This document shows, piece by piece, positions 17,808 through 28,920 of a stretch of 64,000 nt of DNA (the first letter of the stretch is position 1; the number at the start of each line of letters is the position of its first letter). Origin of the DNA: an uncultured Synergistaceae bacterium (GTDB taxonomy: Bacteria; Synergistota; Synergistia; Synergistales; Aminobacteriaceae); the NCBI GenBank assembly GCA_964439735.1, contig CAYTQC010000001.1, forward strand, positions 3,718 to 67,717, in the 5' to 3' direction. A program made the position numbers and the translations under genes. The notes beneath the pieces were generated by a model. That model saw only the letters and a program-made list of their open reading frames with translations. It had not been told where the DNA came from and made no database searches.

Positions 17808-19729
17808 ATACAATGGGACTCCTTGAAAAGATCCATGATTATTCGAGCCTGAAGAGCCTCTCACCTGATGAAATGGAGATCATTGCCGGTGAACTCAGAG
17901 AGATGATAACGTCCGTCGTCCTGAAAAACGGGGGGCACCTTGCATCCTCGCTGGGCACTGTGGAGCTCATCCTCTCTCTTCTCAGGTCTTTTGACCCCTC
18001 ACGGGACAAAATCCTTTTCGATGTGGGACACCAGGCCTACGCCTACAAAATCCTCACAGGGAGAATGGACCTGTTCGGTACCCTGAGGCAGTGGGGAGGA
18101 ATCAGCGGATTCCCGAAAAGAAGGGAGAGCCAGTTTGACCATTTTGATGCCGGCCACAGCAGCACTTCGCTCTCGGCAGCCCTGGGATATGCAAAAGCCC
18201 GGGATATCATGGGAAACAACAACCACGTTGTAGCGGTCATAGGGGACGCATCACTGCTGAATGGGCTTGCGTTCGAGGCCTTGAACTACACCCGTGAATC
18301 CAATACACGTGTCATTTTCGTGCTGAACGACAACACCATGTCCATAAGCCCCCGGGTCGGCGGATTCGCCACCCACCTGGCGAGGCTGAGTTCGAGTTCA
18401 GGATACAACTGGCTCAAAAAAGCCATAAAAGATTCATGTGCTTCACTCCCGAGGGGGCAGGCCCTTGAAAACGTTCTCGGGAAGCTGAAGGACCATATAA
18501 AGACAATCGTCAAACCGCTGAACATCTTCGATGAAATGGATATCAACTACTGGGGACCCTTCGACGGGCACAACACTTCTGAGCTCGAGGACGTCTTCGA
18601 GCTCGCCAAGAGGTACGACCGGCCTGTGCTCATTCACGTGGTAACCGTGAAAGGAAAGGGGTATGAAGAGGCCGAAAAGAATCCGACGGCCTTCCACGGG
18701 GTTTCGCCGCGAAGCGCTTCCGCCGGACCGGCTCCTGCCGGAAAGACATGGAGCGAGGCGGCGTCAGACGCAGTCCTTGAAATGGCTGAAAAGGACGACA
18801 GGATCGTCTGCCTCACGGCGGCCATGAAATGCGGAAGCAAGCTGGATGAATTCGCGGCGCGTTTTCCTGACCGTTTTTTTGATGTGGGCATCTCAGAAAG
18901 CCATATGGTGACCATGGCTGCAGGAATGGCGGCAGGAGGGCTGCGCCCCGTGGTGTTTATTTATTCGACATTTCTGCAGAGAGCAATGGACCAGCTTGTC
19001 CATGACGTCTGCATGCAGAACCTGCCCGTTATTTTTGCCGTGGACCGGGCAGGGCTCGTAGGGGAAGACGGAGAAACGCACCAGGGACTTTTCGACATTG
19101 CATGGTCGCGGCCTGTTCCGAACTTGTACATAACAGCGCCAAGGGATGGAGCTGCGCTCAGGGGACTCCTCGAAACCGGTCTGCAGTCCGGCGGCCCCAT
19201 GATCATCCGGTTCCCCAGGGGGCGTGTGCCGGAATCAGTCAAAAGGCGAGGTCCGTCTTCCGGCGGACTCTCAGGGAACTGCCTCCGCCCAGAAATAGTC
19301 GAGGCAGGGGAGGGCTGGGTCCTGTTCGGATACGGAAGAACCGTTGACCTCATGCTCAGGGCAAGAGAACATGCCCGGGAGATCGGGATTTCACCTCTTC
19401 CTACGGTAGTGGATCTCCAGTGTCTGAAACCCCTTCCAGTTCGTGAACTCAAGGAAATACTGACGAGTCATTCGTTTGCCGTTATTGCGGAAGACGGATA
19501 TTCTGAGGGGGGGGCAGGAGAAGCCGTCGCGGCATTCGCGGAAAGCATCCGCGGCGAAGCTCCCGCAGAAGTTGCCGTTCTGGGCATACCGGACATTTTC
19601 GTCCCCCAGGGGAAAGTCTGCGAACAGGATGAATACTGCGGACTGACTCCGGAAAACGTGGTGAAAATTTATGCAGAGCGTCAAAAAAGAGCGCATAGAC
19701 AAGCTGCTCCTCTCGAGGGGGCACGCTGA
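17804..19729 (+). CDS. dxs: 1-deoxy-D-xylulose-5-phosphate synthase
   Basis: GGHLASSLG, DVGHQAY, GHSSTS, IGDASL, NDN, GISESH, DRAGLVGEDGETHQG. Confidence 0.96.
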   Translation: MNTMGLLEKIHDYSSLKSLSPDEMEIIAGELREMITSVVLKNGGHLASSLGTVELILSLLRSFDPSRDKILFDVGHQAYAYKILTGRMDLFGTLRQWGGISGFPKRRESQFDHFDAGHSSTSLSAALGYAKARDIMGNNNHVVAVIGDASLLNGLAFEALNYTRESNTRVIFVLNDNTMSISPRVGGFATHLARLSSSSGYNWLKKAIKDSCASLPRGQALENVLGKLKDHIKTIVKPLNIFDEMDINYWGPFDGHNTSELEDVFELAKRYDRPVLIHVVTVKGKGYEEAEKNPTAFHGVSPRSASAGPAPAGKTWSEAASDAVLEMAEKDDRIVCLTAAMKCGSKLDEFAARFPDRFFDVGISESHMVTMAAGMAAGGLRPVVFIYSTFLQRAMDQLVHDVCMQNLPVIFAVDRAGLVGEDGETHQGLFDIAWSRPVPNLYITAPRDGAALRGLLETGLQSGGPMIIRFPRGRVPESVKRRGPSSGGLSGNCLRPEIVEAGEGWVLFGYGRTVDLMLRAREHAREIGISPLPTVVDLQCLKPLPVRELKEILTSHSFAVIAEDGYSEGGAGEAVAAFAESIRGEAPAEVAVLGIPDIFVPQGKVCEQDEYCGLTPENVVKIYAERQKRAHRQAAPLEGAR

Positions 19730-20489
19730 ATCACGGGCTAAGGCCCAGGCTCTTCTCATGGCCGGCCAGGTGTATGTCAACGGAGAAAGAGTGGAAAAAA
19801 ACGGGACTCTGATTCCCGGGGATGCTGAAATCGAGGTGCGCGGGCAGGCTGAGAAATGGGTCAGCAGGGGCGCTCACAAGCTGCTGAAAGCCCTTGATTT
19901 TTTCAGGATATCCCCCCGGGGAAAAATCTGTGTCGACATCGGCGCTTCCACGGGGGGATTCACCCAGGTCCTCCTCGAAAGAGGAGCACAAAAAGTGTAT
20001 GCTGTGGACGTGGGCTACGGGCAGCTGGACTGGCGGCTTCGGAATGATGAGCGGGTCATCGTCATGGAAAGGACAAACGCCAGGTCGCTGATCATGTCGT
20101 CCTTTCCGGACCCTCTGGAATTTGCGGCGGCGGATGCCTCCTTTATTTCTCTGAAACTGCTTCTGCCGGTCATCAGCAGTATCCTTTCACCCGGGGGAAG
20201 CGCGGTCGTCCTGGTCAAGCCTCAGTTTGAGGTCGGTAAAGGGAACGTAGGGAAGGGCGGAGTTGTCAGGGCAAAAGAAGACCATGCAGCAGTCCTGGCG
20301 GATATACTGCACTTCTGTTCCGGGCTCTCCGGACTCATACCTGCGGGATTGACGTTTTCTCCCATCAGGGGCCCCATGGGAAACATAGAGTTTCTTCTGT
20401 ACCTTTCGGGATCGGGAGGCGGTTTCGAACTGCCTTCGCCGGAAAAAACGGCAGAAGAGGCCCATCTTTTTTTCCGGAAGGAAGGATAG
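19671..20489 (+). CDS. tlyA: TlyA family rRNA methyltransferase
   Basis: S4 domain KERIDKLL; SRGAHKL, DIGASTGGFT, DASFISL, LVKPQFE, GNIEFL. Confidence 0.95.
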   Translation: MQSVKKERIDKLLLSRGHAESRAKAQALLMAGQVYVNGERVEKNGTLIPGDAEIEVRGQAEKWVSRGAHKLLKALDFFRISPRGKICVDIGASTGGFTQVLLERGAQKVYAVDVGYGQLDWRLRNDERVIVMERTNARSLIMSSFPDPLEFAAADASFISLKLLLPVISSILSPGGSAVVLVKPQFEVGKGNVGKGGVVRAKEDHAAVLADILHFCSGLSGLIPAGLTFSPIRGPMGNIEFLLYLSGSGGGFELPSPEKTAEEAHLFFRKEG

Positions 20490-20491
20490 AC

Positions 20492-21373
20492 ATGAAACAG
20501 CCCGCAATCGGAATGCTCGTAAATACACGAAAAAAAGGAGCTCTCGATATGGCCCGCTCCCTTCTCGAATGGGGGAAAAAGAGCGGGGTTTCCTTTCTTT
20601 TCCCACCCCACGAGGCTTCGGTTCTCGGAAGACAGGGCCTGGGAGATGAGGAATGGAAAAGCAATGTGAACGTCGCGATAGTCATAGGAGGTGACGGGAC
20701 TTTTCTCAGGGCAGCGAGATACGTACTTGGAGCCCCTATTTCTCTCTATGGCATAAACCTAGGGCACCTGGGTTTCCTGGCTTCAGGGAAAGCCGAAGAA
20801 GCAGAAAAAGACCTGGAAGCCATTCTCAGGGGAGAGTACTCCATAATACGCCACAATGTGCTGAAGGGGCAGATTTTCAGGGATGACAAGAGCACCCACA
20901 CTCTTTTTGCCCTCAACGATCTTGTCCTTGCAAAAGGAGCGTTGGCACGGGTGATGCACGTGGAGGTGCGGCTGGGGGATAAACTGCTCAATACGCTGCC
21001 GGCTGACGGCATCATAGTTTCAACACCCACCGGCTCCACGGCCTATGCCCTCTCGGCGGGCGGCCCCATCGTTCCGCCCCATGTCCAATGCATGATCATC
21101 GTCCCTATCTGTGCTCATACACTGTACACGAGGCCTGTTCTTGCAGGGGAAACCGACGTGATCACCCTCACCCCGAGGGGGAATCACAGGGATCTCCTTC
21201 TGACGCAGGACGGCCAGCTGGGCTACGAGATCCTGCCCGGCGACACGATCCGAATCTCTCTCAGCACCGATCATGCGGTAAACGTCATCACTCTGCCCTC
21301 GCGGAGCTATTTCGACCTCCTCCAGGAAAAACTGCAGTGGGGACGCGGGATCGTTTCTTTCGAGAAGGAGTGA
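20492..21373 (+). CDS. nadK: NAD kinase
   Basis: GGDGTFL, GHLGFL, ALND, DGIIVSTPTGSTAYALSAGGP. Confidence 0.96.
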   Translation: MKQPAIGMLVNTRKKGALDMARSLLEWGKKSGVSFLFPPHEASVLGRQGLGDEEWKSNVNVAIVIGGDGTFLRAARYVLGAPISLYGINLGHLGFLASGKAEEAEKDLEAILRGEYSIIRHNVLKGQIFRDDKSTHTLFALNDLVLAKGALARVMHVEVRLGDKLLNTLPADGIIVSTPTGSTAYALSAGGPIVPPHVQCMIIVPICAHTLYTRPVLAGETDVITLTPRGNHRDLLLTQDGQLGYEILPGDTIRISLSTDHAVNVITLPSRSYFDLLQEKLQWGRGIVSFEKE

Positions 21374-21381
21374 CGGACAGG

Positions 21382-23103
21382 GTGATCGAGGAAATTACCA
21401 TACGAAATGTAGGAGGAGTGGCATCGGCATCGCTTGAGCTCAACAGCGGCCTGACGGTGATCACGGGAGAAAGCGGCGCAGGAAAAAGCAGCATTGTGCG
21501 CTCCCTTGAACTCCTTGCCGGAAAGAGGAGCCAGGCGTCGTTCCTTCGTTCAGGCGAGGACGAAGCGGTCGTGGAGGCCGTTTTTCGGGAGGAGCCCGGG
21601 AACGGGGCGGATGCTGCGCATGACGAATCAGCAGATGATCCGTTTTTCTTTGCCCGGAGAATCCTGTCCCGAAACGGCAGAAACAGGACTTTTTTTCAGG
21701 AACGCCAGGTGCCCCTCTCATCATTTGCCTCGGTAATGAACGAAAAAATACGTATCCAGAGCCAATTCGCCCAAATAGACCTCCTCGATCCCTCGAGACA
21801 GAGGGAAATACTGGATTTTTGCGGCGGCAGGGAATCTGCCGCTCTCCTGGACGCTCTTGCAGGAACATTTTCAGAAGCAGTGGAGTGTGAACGATCCCTG
21901 AGGACAGCGAAAAAAAGGGAACAGGAACTGAAGACCCGCTTCAGGGACGGAGACACGATCCTGGCTGCGGCAAAAGGATTGAAACTGACGCCGGAATGTG
22001 ACAGGGAATGGGAGCATGAGCTGGATGAACTTTCCCTTCAGCTCGCAATTACAAGAAAGACAAGGGACAATCTGCTGCAGATCACCGGAGGCACTTCGGA
22101 GCAGGGGCTTCTTGATGCCATGGAGTCAGCCGGCCTTGAACTCCTGAAAGCGATCCCGGGAGAAAAAGAGGAACTCCAGCGCCTTTTCAACGAAGGGCTC
22201 GAGTCCTTTCAGCTGTTCATAAAGGAGATCTCCATGCGGACCGGCGGACTTTCCGTGGAAGAGCTCGAAGCAAAACTCGAATCCCTGGAAAAGAAGACCG
22301 GACTCCTGAGAAAGCTCATGAGAGCCGCCGGTACATTTTCAGCTGCGGCTTTTCTGGAGTGGTGCAGTGAAGCAAAGGAGGCATCGGAGTGGCTCAGGCA
22401 GCAGGAGGCCCTTTCCGCATCCCTTGAGGAGAGAGGGAGAAGCCTCAGGAAAGAAGCGGGAAGGCTCGCTGCCGAACTCCGTTCCCTGAGACTCCGTTCC
22501 GCCCGGGCTCTTTCGGCGGGAGTGAACAGTCACCTTTCCGGCCTTGCCATGGACGACAGCAGATTTTCCGTGCAGGTCACCCCACTTGAGAAGATCAGGA
22601 ATACAGGAGCAGACGAGGTCCTGTTCACTATAGCCGCCGGGGACAAAGAAGCATCCCCCGTCAACCGGACGGCGTCGGGAGGAGAGCTCAGCAGGATACT
22701 CCTGGCACTTCAGCTGTCTCTCCCGGATGCATCTCTTCCCGGAACACTGGTTTTCGACGAGGTCGAAGCAGGACTTGGAGGGAAAGCCGCCCTTCTCTCA
22801 GGATACAAGCTCCTCGAGCTGTCAGGGAAATGCCAGGTCATTCTCGTCACCCACGAGGCCACGATTGCGGCCCTTGCACAGCATCATTTCATGGTCCGGA
22901 AAAGAGGAGAGTCTCCGGTTGAGGTCACTCCTCTCTCCGGAGAGGACAGGATAGCCGAAATAGCCAGGATGCTCTCGGGAGACGCAGGTCTCCGGGAGGC
23001 CAGGGAACACGCCAGGAAACTGCTCTTTTCCCGGAGGGAAAAGAGAAGCGCCCCGTTTCCGGAAAATCTGGAGATTTCCCCTGTCTCCGGCGGGAAAAAT
23101 TGA
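21382..23103 (+). CDS. recN: DNA repair protein RecN
   Basis: Walker A TGESGAGKS, signature SGGELSR, Walker B LVFDEVEAG, VTHE; GTG start at 21382. Confidence 0.9.
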   Translation: MIEEITIRNVGGVASASLELNSGLTVITGESGAGKSSIVRSLELLAGKRSQASFLRSGEDEAVVEAVFREEPGNGADAAHDESADDPFFFARRILSRNGRNRTFFQERQVPLSSFASVMNEKIRIQSQFAQIDLLDPSRQREILDFCGGRESAALLDALAGTFSEAVECERSLRTAKKREQELKTRFRDGDTILAAAKGLKLTPECDREWEHELDELSLQLAITRKTRDNLLQITGGTSEQGLLDAMESAGLELLKAIPGEKEELQRLFNEGLESFQLFIKEISMRTGGLSVEELEAKLESLEKKTGLLRKLMRAAGTFSAAAFLEWCSEAKEASEWLRQQEALSASLEERGRSLRKEAGRLAAELRSLRLRSARALSAGVNSHLSGLAMDDSRFSVQVTPLEKIRNTGADEVLFTIAAGDKEASPVNRTASGGELSRILLALQLSLPDASLPGTLVFDEVEAGLGGKAALLSGYKLLELSGKCQVILVTHEATIAALAQHHFMVRKRGESPVEVTPLSGEDRIAEIARMLSGDAGLREAREHARKLLFSRREKRSAPFPENLEISPVSGGKN

Positions 23104-23128
23104 CATTCTTTCATGAACTTCGTATAAT
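23100..23128 (+). promoter_or_regulatory. Consensus sigma70 promoter of rplU-prp-rpmA
   Basis: Exact TTGACA-17nt-TATAAT. Confidence 0.9.
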
Positions 23129-23134
23129 ACCACG

Positions 23135-23197
23135 GTTAGGTTTCTATATCGCACGAGGCAGGCTTAAACCCTTCAGGGTGCCTGATCCTTCGGCGGA
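23135..23197 (+). ncRNA. Probable L21-leader cis-regulatory RNA
   Basis: 5' UTR of rplU with CGCAC-GAGGCAGG-CTTAAAC-CCT/AGG-TGCCT-...-GGCG nested pairings; resembles the Firmicutes L21 leader from memory, not from a covariance search. Confidence 0.55.
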
Positions 23198-23209
23198 AGG
23201 AGGAAAAGA

Positions 23210-23527
23210 ATGTACGCTATTGTTGAAGCAGGCGGAAAACAGTACCGTGTTCAGGAAGGAGACTTCCTGAAGGTTGAGTCCCTTGGAGTAAACGAAGGGG
23301 AAACCGTTCTCCTCGATAAGGTGCTCCTTGTCGGAAGAGACGAAAAGGTTTCAGTCGGCACCCCTTATGTGAGCGGAGCTTCTGTGTCCGCTTCAGTGGT
23401 CACAAACGGGAAAGACAAAAAGATCCTGGTCTTCAAGTACAAGAGCAAAAAGAACTACCGGCGTATGAGAGGCCATCGCCAGCATTTCAGTGAGATCCGC
23501 ATCGACTCCATAACTCCCGGAGCATAG
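23210..23527 (+). CDS. rplU: 50S ribosomal protein L21
   Basis: MYAIVEAGGKQYRV...KYKSKKNYRRMRGHRQ. Confidence 0.97.
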   Translation: MYAIVEAGGKQYRVQEGDFLKVESLGVNEGETVLLDKVLLVGRDEKVSVGTPYVSGASVSASVVTNGKDKKILVFKYKSKKNYRRMRGHRQHFSEIRIDSITPGA

Positions 23528-23530
23528 GCG

Positions 23531-23855
23531 ATGACGGAAATCTCCGTAGGCCTTCTCGAAGGGCGAACTATATCCCTTTCCGCAGCGGGGCACTCGGGGT
23601 ATTCCGAAAAAGGCCGGGATATAGTGTGTGCAGGTGTTTCCGCACTTGTCCAGGCGCTTTTGTACGGTTTTGAAACGGTTCTCCGGATCGAAGGACTCAG
23701 CATTGAAATGGATGAAGAAAAAGCCGCCATATCCATTGACTGGAGAAACTGCCCTTCCGGGGACGTGGATATCCTCGTGGAGACGATCGTTGGTTCGTTA
23801 AAGAAAATTGCGGGAGTATATCCCGATCATGTGCGTATTTTGGAGGTGCACCCAG

Positions 23856-23872
<17 letters not shown>
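23531..23872 (+). CDS. prp: Ribosomal-processing cysteine protease Prp
   Basis: GHSGY and DIVCAGVS catalytic His/Cys; located between rplU and rpmA. Confidence 0.93.
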
Positions 23873-25657
<1,785 letters not shown>

Positions 25658-25682
25658 CATCCGAAACTCGCGGGAGAAGAGG

Positions 25683-26321
25683 ATGAACATGACCGGAAGA
25701 GAGAAAGGACAGAAAAAAATCGGAATTATGGGAGGGACGTTCGACCCGATCCATTTCGGTCATCTCCTTGCAGCCGAAGAAAGCCGGACTGCGCTGGGGC
25801 TTGACGAGGTCATCTTTATTCCTGCGGGCGACCCGGCCCATAAACGTGAACGGAAGACTGCGTCCCCTGAAGACAGATACGTCATGACGCTTCTCACAAC
25901 TCTCGGCAACCCGAAATTCACACCATCACGAATAGAGATCGACCGGAAAGAGCCGAGCCATACAGTGGATACGCTGAGGGAAATGAGACACTGGTATGCC
26001 CCTGAAAAAGTGGCCTTTTTCTTTATAACGGGTCTTGATGCAGTGCTCGGCATCACGTCCTGGAAGGAATACGAAGCCCTGCCCGGCCTCTGCAGGATGG
26101 TGGCAGTCAACAGGCCCGGCTATTCTCCCAGGAAGCTGGAGAATCTTCCCTCGGAAATACGGCAGGCGATCATTCCCCTTGAAATTCCTCTTCTTTCGAT
26201 TTCAAGCACGGAAATCCGCCAAAGGATAGAGGAAAGAAGGAGCATCAAGTACCTTCTTCCTGAAGCAGTGGAGCAGTATATATACAAGAAAGAGCTCTAC
26301 CGGAAAAAGCTGGAGGTCTGA
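25683..26321 (+). CDS. nadD: Nicotinate-nucleotide adenylyltransferase
   Basis: GGTFDPIHFGH, SHTVDTL, ITGLDA, ISSTEIR. Confidence 0.96.
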   Translation: MNMTGREKGQKKIGIMGGTFDPIHFGHLLAAEESRTALGLDEVIFIPAGDPAHKRERKTASPEDRYVMTLLTTLGNPKFTPSRIEIDRKEPSHTVDTLREMRHWYAPEKVAFFFITGLDAVLGITSWKEYEALPGLCRMVAVNRPGYSPRKLENLPSEIRQAIIPLEIPLLSISSTEIRQRIEERRSIKYLLPEAVEQYIYKKELYRKKLEV

Positions 26322-26325
26322 ACGA

Positions 26326-27609
26326 ATGAAAATCGCAAAAATCGCATTGATTTTTATCCTTGCCGTTTCAGCGGCTTTTGCAGGTGCTGCTCTGCGCGTA
26401 CACACTTTCGTGGATCCGAAACCGCAGACGATAAAAGAATCCATCTCTTTCACCGAAGCCTCGGGAACAGTGAACATCATGCTCGTAGGCATCGATGATG
26501 TGGAGGGAGGCAGAAGAGCAGATGCGATAGCCTTTGCCACGATCGATATCGACCGCAGGATCGTCAGGGTAATGTCCATACCGAGAGACACGAGAGTTCA
26601 GCTGCCCAAGGGATGGGACAAGATAAACCACGCATATGCATACGGAGGCCTGGACATGCTCAGGGAGACCATCGTCAATTTCCTGGGCCTTCCGGTGAAC
26701 TACTACGTTCTTGTGAATTACGACTCCTTCCCGTCCATAATAGACCTTATAGGAGGAGTGGATGTAAACGTGGAGCGGCGCATGGTCTACAATGATCACG
26801 CCGGCAAACTCTACATTAACATCCCCAGGGGTTTCCAGAAGCTGGACGGGAAAACGGCCCTTCATTACGTCCGTTTCCGTCACGATGCTCTCGGGGATAT
26901 CGGAAGGGTAAAGCGGCAGCAGGAGTTTATCAAGGCTGTTCTGAAAAAGCTGCAGACTCCGTCCATGATACCCAAAATACCGGAACTTGCCCAAAAAGCC
27001 ATCGAAATGGTGAACTCGGACATGACGCCTGCCCAGGCACTTCAGCTCGCGTCATACCTGGCTGACCTTCCGGGTGAGAATCTCAAATTCTTCACCCTTC
27101 CCGGAAAAGCGGCATATATCTCCAACGTGAGCTACTGGGTAGGGGATATAACCGCAGCCTCAGAGCTTCTTTCGGGCATGTCGGAGGAAAACGGGGGCAG
27201 CGGTTCGGCAAGTGCCGGAGAAAAGGAAGGCGAAAAAGAAGAAAAGGGGACACCGGGGGATCAGCAGGATCTCCAGGGTCTTCTTGCATCCATCTCAACG
27301 CCCGTATCGGTTCTCAACGGAGCAGGAGTATCCGGTCTCGGAAAAGAGGCAGCCACCACATTCCAGAAGATCGGGGTTGACATTGTCCACGTGGGGAATG
27401 CCAAGCATTTCGACTACCAGTACACAAGCATACATGTTCCCGAAAAAGGATCGGAAGCAGTCCAGAAGACTGCCAGGGCCATCGGTGAGATCACGGGCAT
27501 AGACAAACGCCTTATAACGAAAAGCAGCGCTGTCCCTCATGTTACAATTATCATGGGAAAAGACAGGGAAAGTGTTTTAAAGAGGATTGAAGGCTTCGCA
27601 CGGCAATAG
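26326..27609 (+). CDS. LCP (LytR-CpsA-Psr) family protein with C-terminal LytR_C-like domain
   Basis: N-terminal TM; RRADAI, SIPRDT, KINHAYAYGG, RFRHDALGDIGRVKRQQ; C-terminal VSVLNGAGVSGLG. Confidence 0.9.
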   Translation: MKIAKIALIFILAVSAAFAGAALRVHTFVDPKPQTIKESISFTEASGTVNIMLVGIDDVEGGRRADAIAFATIDIDRRIVRVMSIPRDTRVQLPKGWDKINHAYAYGGLDMLRETIVNFLGLPVNYYVLVNYDSFPSIIDLIGGVDVNVERRMVYNDHAGKLYINIPRGFQKLDGKTALHYVRFRHDALGDIGRVKRQQEFIKAVLKKLQTPSMIPKIPELAQKAIEMVNSDMTPAQALQLASYLADLPGENLKFFTLPGKAAYISNVSYWVGDITAASELLSGMSEENGGSGSASAGEKEGEKEEKGTPGDQQDLQGLLASISTPVSVLNGAGVSGLGKEAATTFQKIGVDIVHVGNAKHFDYQYTSIHVPEKGSEAVQKTARAIGEITGIDKRLITKSSAVPHVTIIMGKDRESVLKRIEGFARQ

Positions 27610-27649
27610 ATAAACGCCTTGCACCCATTTTGTAAAAGAAGGTGAAAGA

Positions 27650-28006
27650 TTGAAGAAGGAAAACCGTTTGAAAAATTTCGAGTTCCTATACGAAGCCCTT
27701 GCTGCAAAAAGAGGTCTCGATATTCTGGCAATGGACCTTGAAGGTTCTGTTTCCATATCAGATACGTTCATACTTGTGACAGGGAACTCGGACATTCACA
27801 TGGGGACGCTCAGGGACGCGGCAGTCGAGGCTCTTCACAATCGGGGGCTCGAGGCCAGGGTCGAGGGAAACGACAGCTCCCAATGGCGTCTCATCGATGC
27901 AGGAGAAATCATCATTCATATTTTCAGCAAAGCAGGAAGAGACCATTATAAGCTCGAAAAAATCTGGGGAGACGCACCGACGTATCATTACGAATATCAC
28001 GACTGA
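27650..28006 (+). CDS. rsfS: Ribosome silencing factor RsfS (Iojap)
   Basis: KRGLDILAMDL, SQWRLIDAGEIIIHIF, YKLEKIWGDA. Confidence 0.93.
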   Translation: MKKENRLKNFEFLYEALAAKRGLDILAMDLEGSVSISDTFILVTGNSDIHMGTLRDAAVEALHNRGLEARVEGNDSSQWRLIDAGEIIIHIFSKAGRDHYKLEKIWGDAPTYHYEYHD

Positions 28007-28029
28007 GCGATCCCGGAAACCAAATATAC

Positions 28030-28066
28030 AGACGGCCGCGATATGAAAAGGCGGCCGTCTTTTTTT
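28030..28066 (+). terminator. Intrinsic terminator after rsfS
   Basis: 10-bp stem AGACGGCCGC/GCGGCCGTCT followed by a T run. Confidence 0.85.
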
Positions 28067-28074
28067 AAAACAAG

Positions 28075-28102
28075 ATGTCTTATAATATATCTTATGTTAC
28101 GT
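28075..28102 (+). other. dif: Probable chromosomal dif site (XerC/XerD recombination site)
   Basis: ATGTCTTATAA-TATATC-TTATGTTACGT: 11+6+11 layout; right arm 9/11 to the canonical XerD arm TTATGTTAAAT; lies at the point where gene orientation flips. Confidence 0.8.
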
Positions 28103-28122
28103 AATAGTCGTTTCTGTCCCTG

Positions 28123-28902
28123 TCAGACAGAGATCTTTCTGTAATTCTCGTAAATCCCAAGGAAGGAATCCACTTTTAAAGAAGCCCCTCCCACAAGCGC
28201 TCCATCGATGTCGTGCTGGGAAAGCAGATCCAGGGCGTTCGATTCTTTGACACTTCCTCCGTACAGTACGGGAATTTTCGGATGGGATCCGAAATAGTCT
28301 CCGGCCATTTTTGCGGCAAAGGCGCATACTTCCTGGGCGTCCTCAGGACGTGCGTTTTTACCCGTCCCGATTGCCCATACGGGTTCATAGGCAAGGATGA
28401 CCCCGCAGCAGCTCTTATCCTTGTCAAGCCCCGCAAATGCAGACTCAAGCTGTTCCCTGACCACCGCCAGCGTTTTGCCGGACTCCCGCTCGTCAAGAGT
28501 TTCCCCGAAACACAGCACTGTTTTCAATCCGGTTTCAATGGCTTTTGCGAGCTTTTTTGCCACAATTTCGTTGCTTTCGCCAAATATGTGACGTCTTTCA
28601 CTATGTCCGACAAGGACGTGGGAACACCCGACAGCCTTGACCATGTCCATGGAGACCTCTCCTGTGAACGCTCCCCTGTCCTCGAAATAGCCGTCCTGGG
28701 CGCCGCATACGGCTGGTACATCTTCAGGGAGGCTTTTCAGGACCTCTGGTATGGTTAAAAAAGGCGGGAAAAGGCACACCTGGATCATTTCACTGCTGTA
28801 AATATCACCCTGCATTTTATTGCCGAGGGTCCTGCAGAACTCCTCCCCTTCGAAGGGAAGCATATTCATCTTCCAGTTTCCGTAAAGGTAAATCTTTTTC
28901 AT
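28123..28902 (-). CDS. tpiA: Triosephosphate isomerase
   Basis: GNWKMN, GAFTGEVS, GHSERR, AYEPVWAIGTG, YGGSVK, LVGGASL. Confidence 0.97.
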   Translation of the reverse strand: MKKIYLYGNWKMNMLPFEGEEFCRTLGNKMQGDIYSSEMIQVCLFPPFLTIPEVLKSLPEDVPAVCGAQDGYFEDRGAFTGEVSMDMVKAVGCSHVLVGHSERRHIFGESNEIVAKKLAKAIETGLKTVLCFGETLDERESGKTLAVVREQLESAFAGLDKDKSCCGVILAYEPVWAIGTGKNARPEDAQEVCAFAAKMAGDYFGSHPKIPVLYGGSVKESNALDLLSQHDIDGALVGGASLKVDSFLGIYENYRKISV

Positions 28903-28920
28903 GGGACTCTCCCCTTCCTG

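Noticed and set aside
28072-28093. Imperfect palindrome with TATAAT as an operator or antisense promoter into tpiA
   Set aside because: Better explained by the dyad symmetry of the dif site; no -35, and it lies between convergent genes
28123-28125. Sec readthrough at other TGA stops (e.g. tpiA, argF, ftsK, rsfS)
   Set aside because: These proteins are complete at the stop, with no Cys-motif context and no suitably placed hairpin
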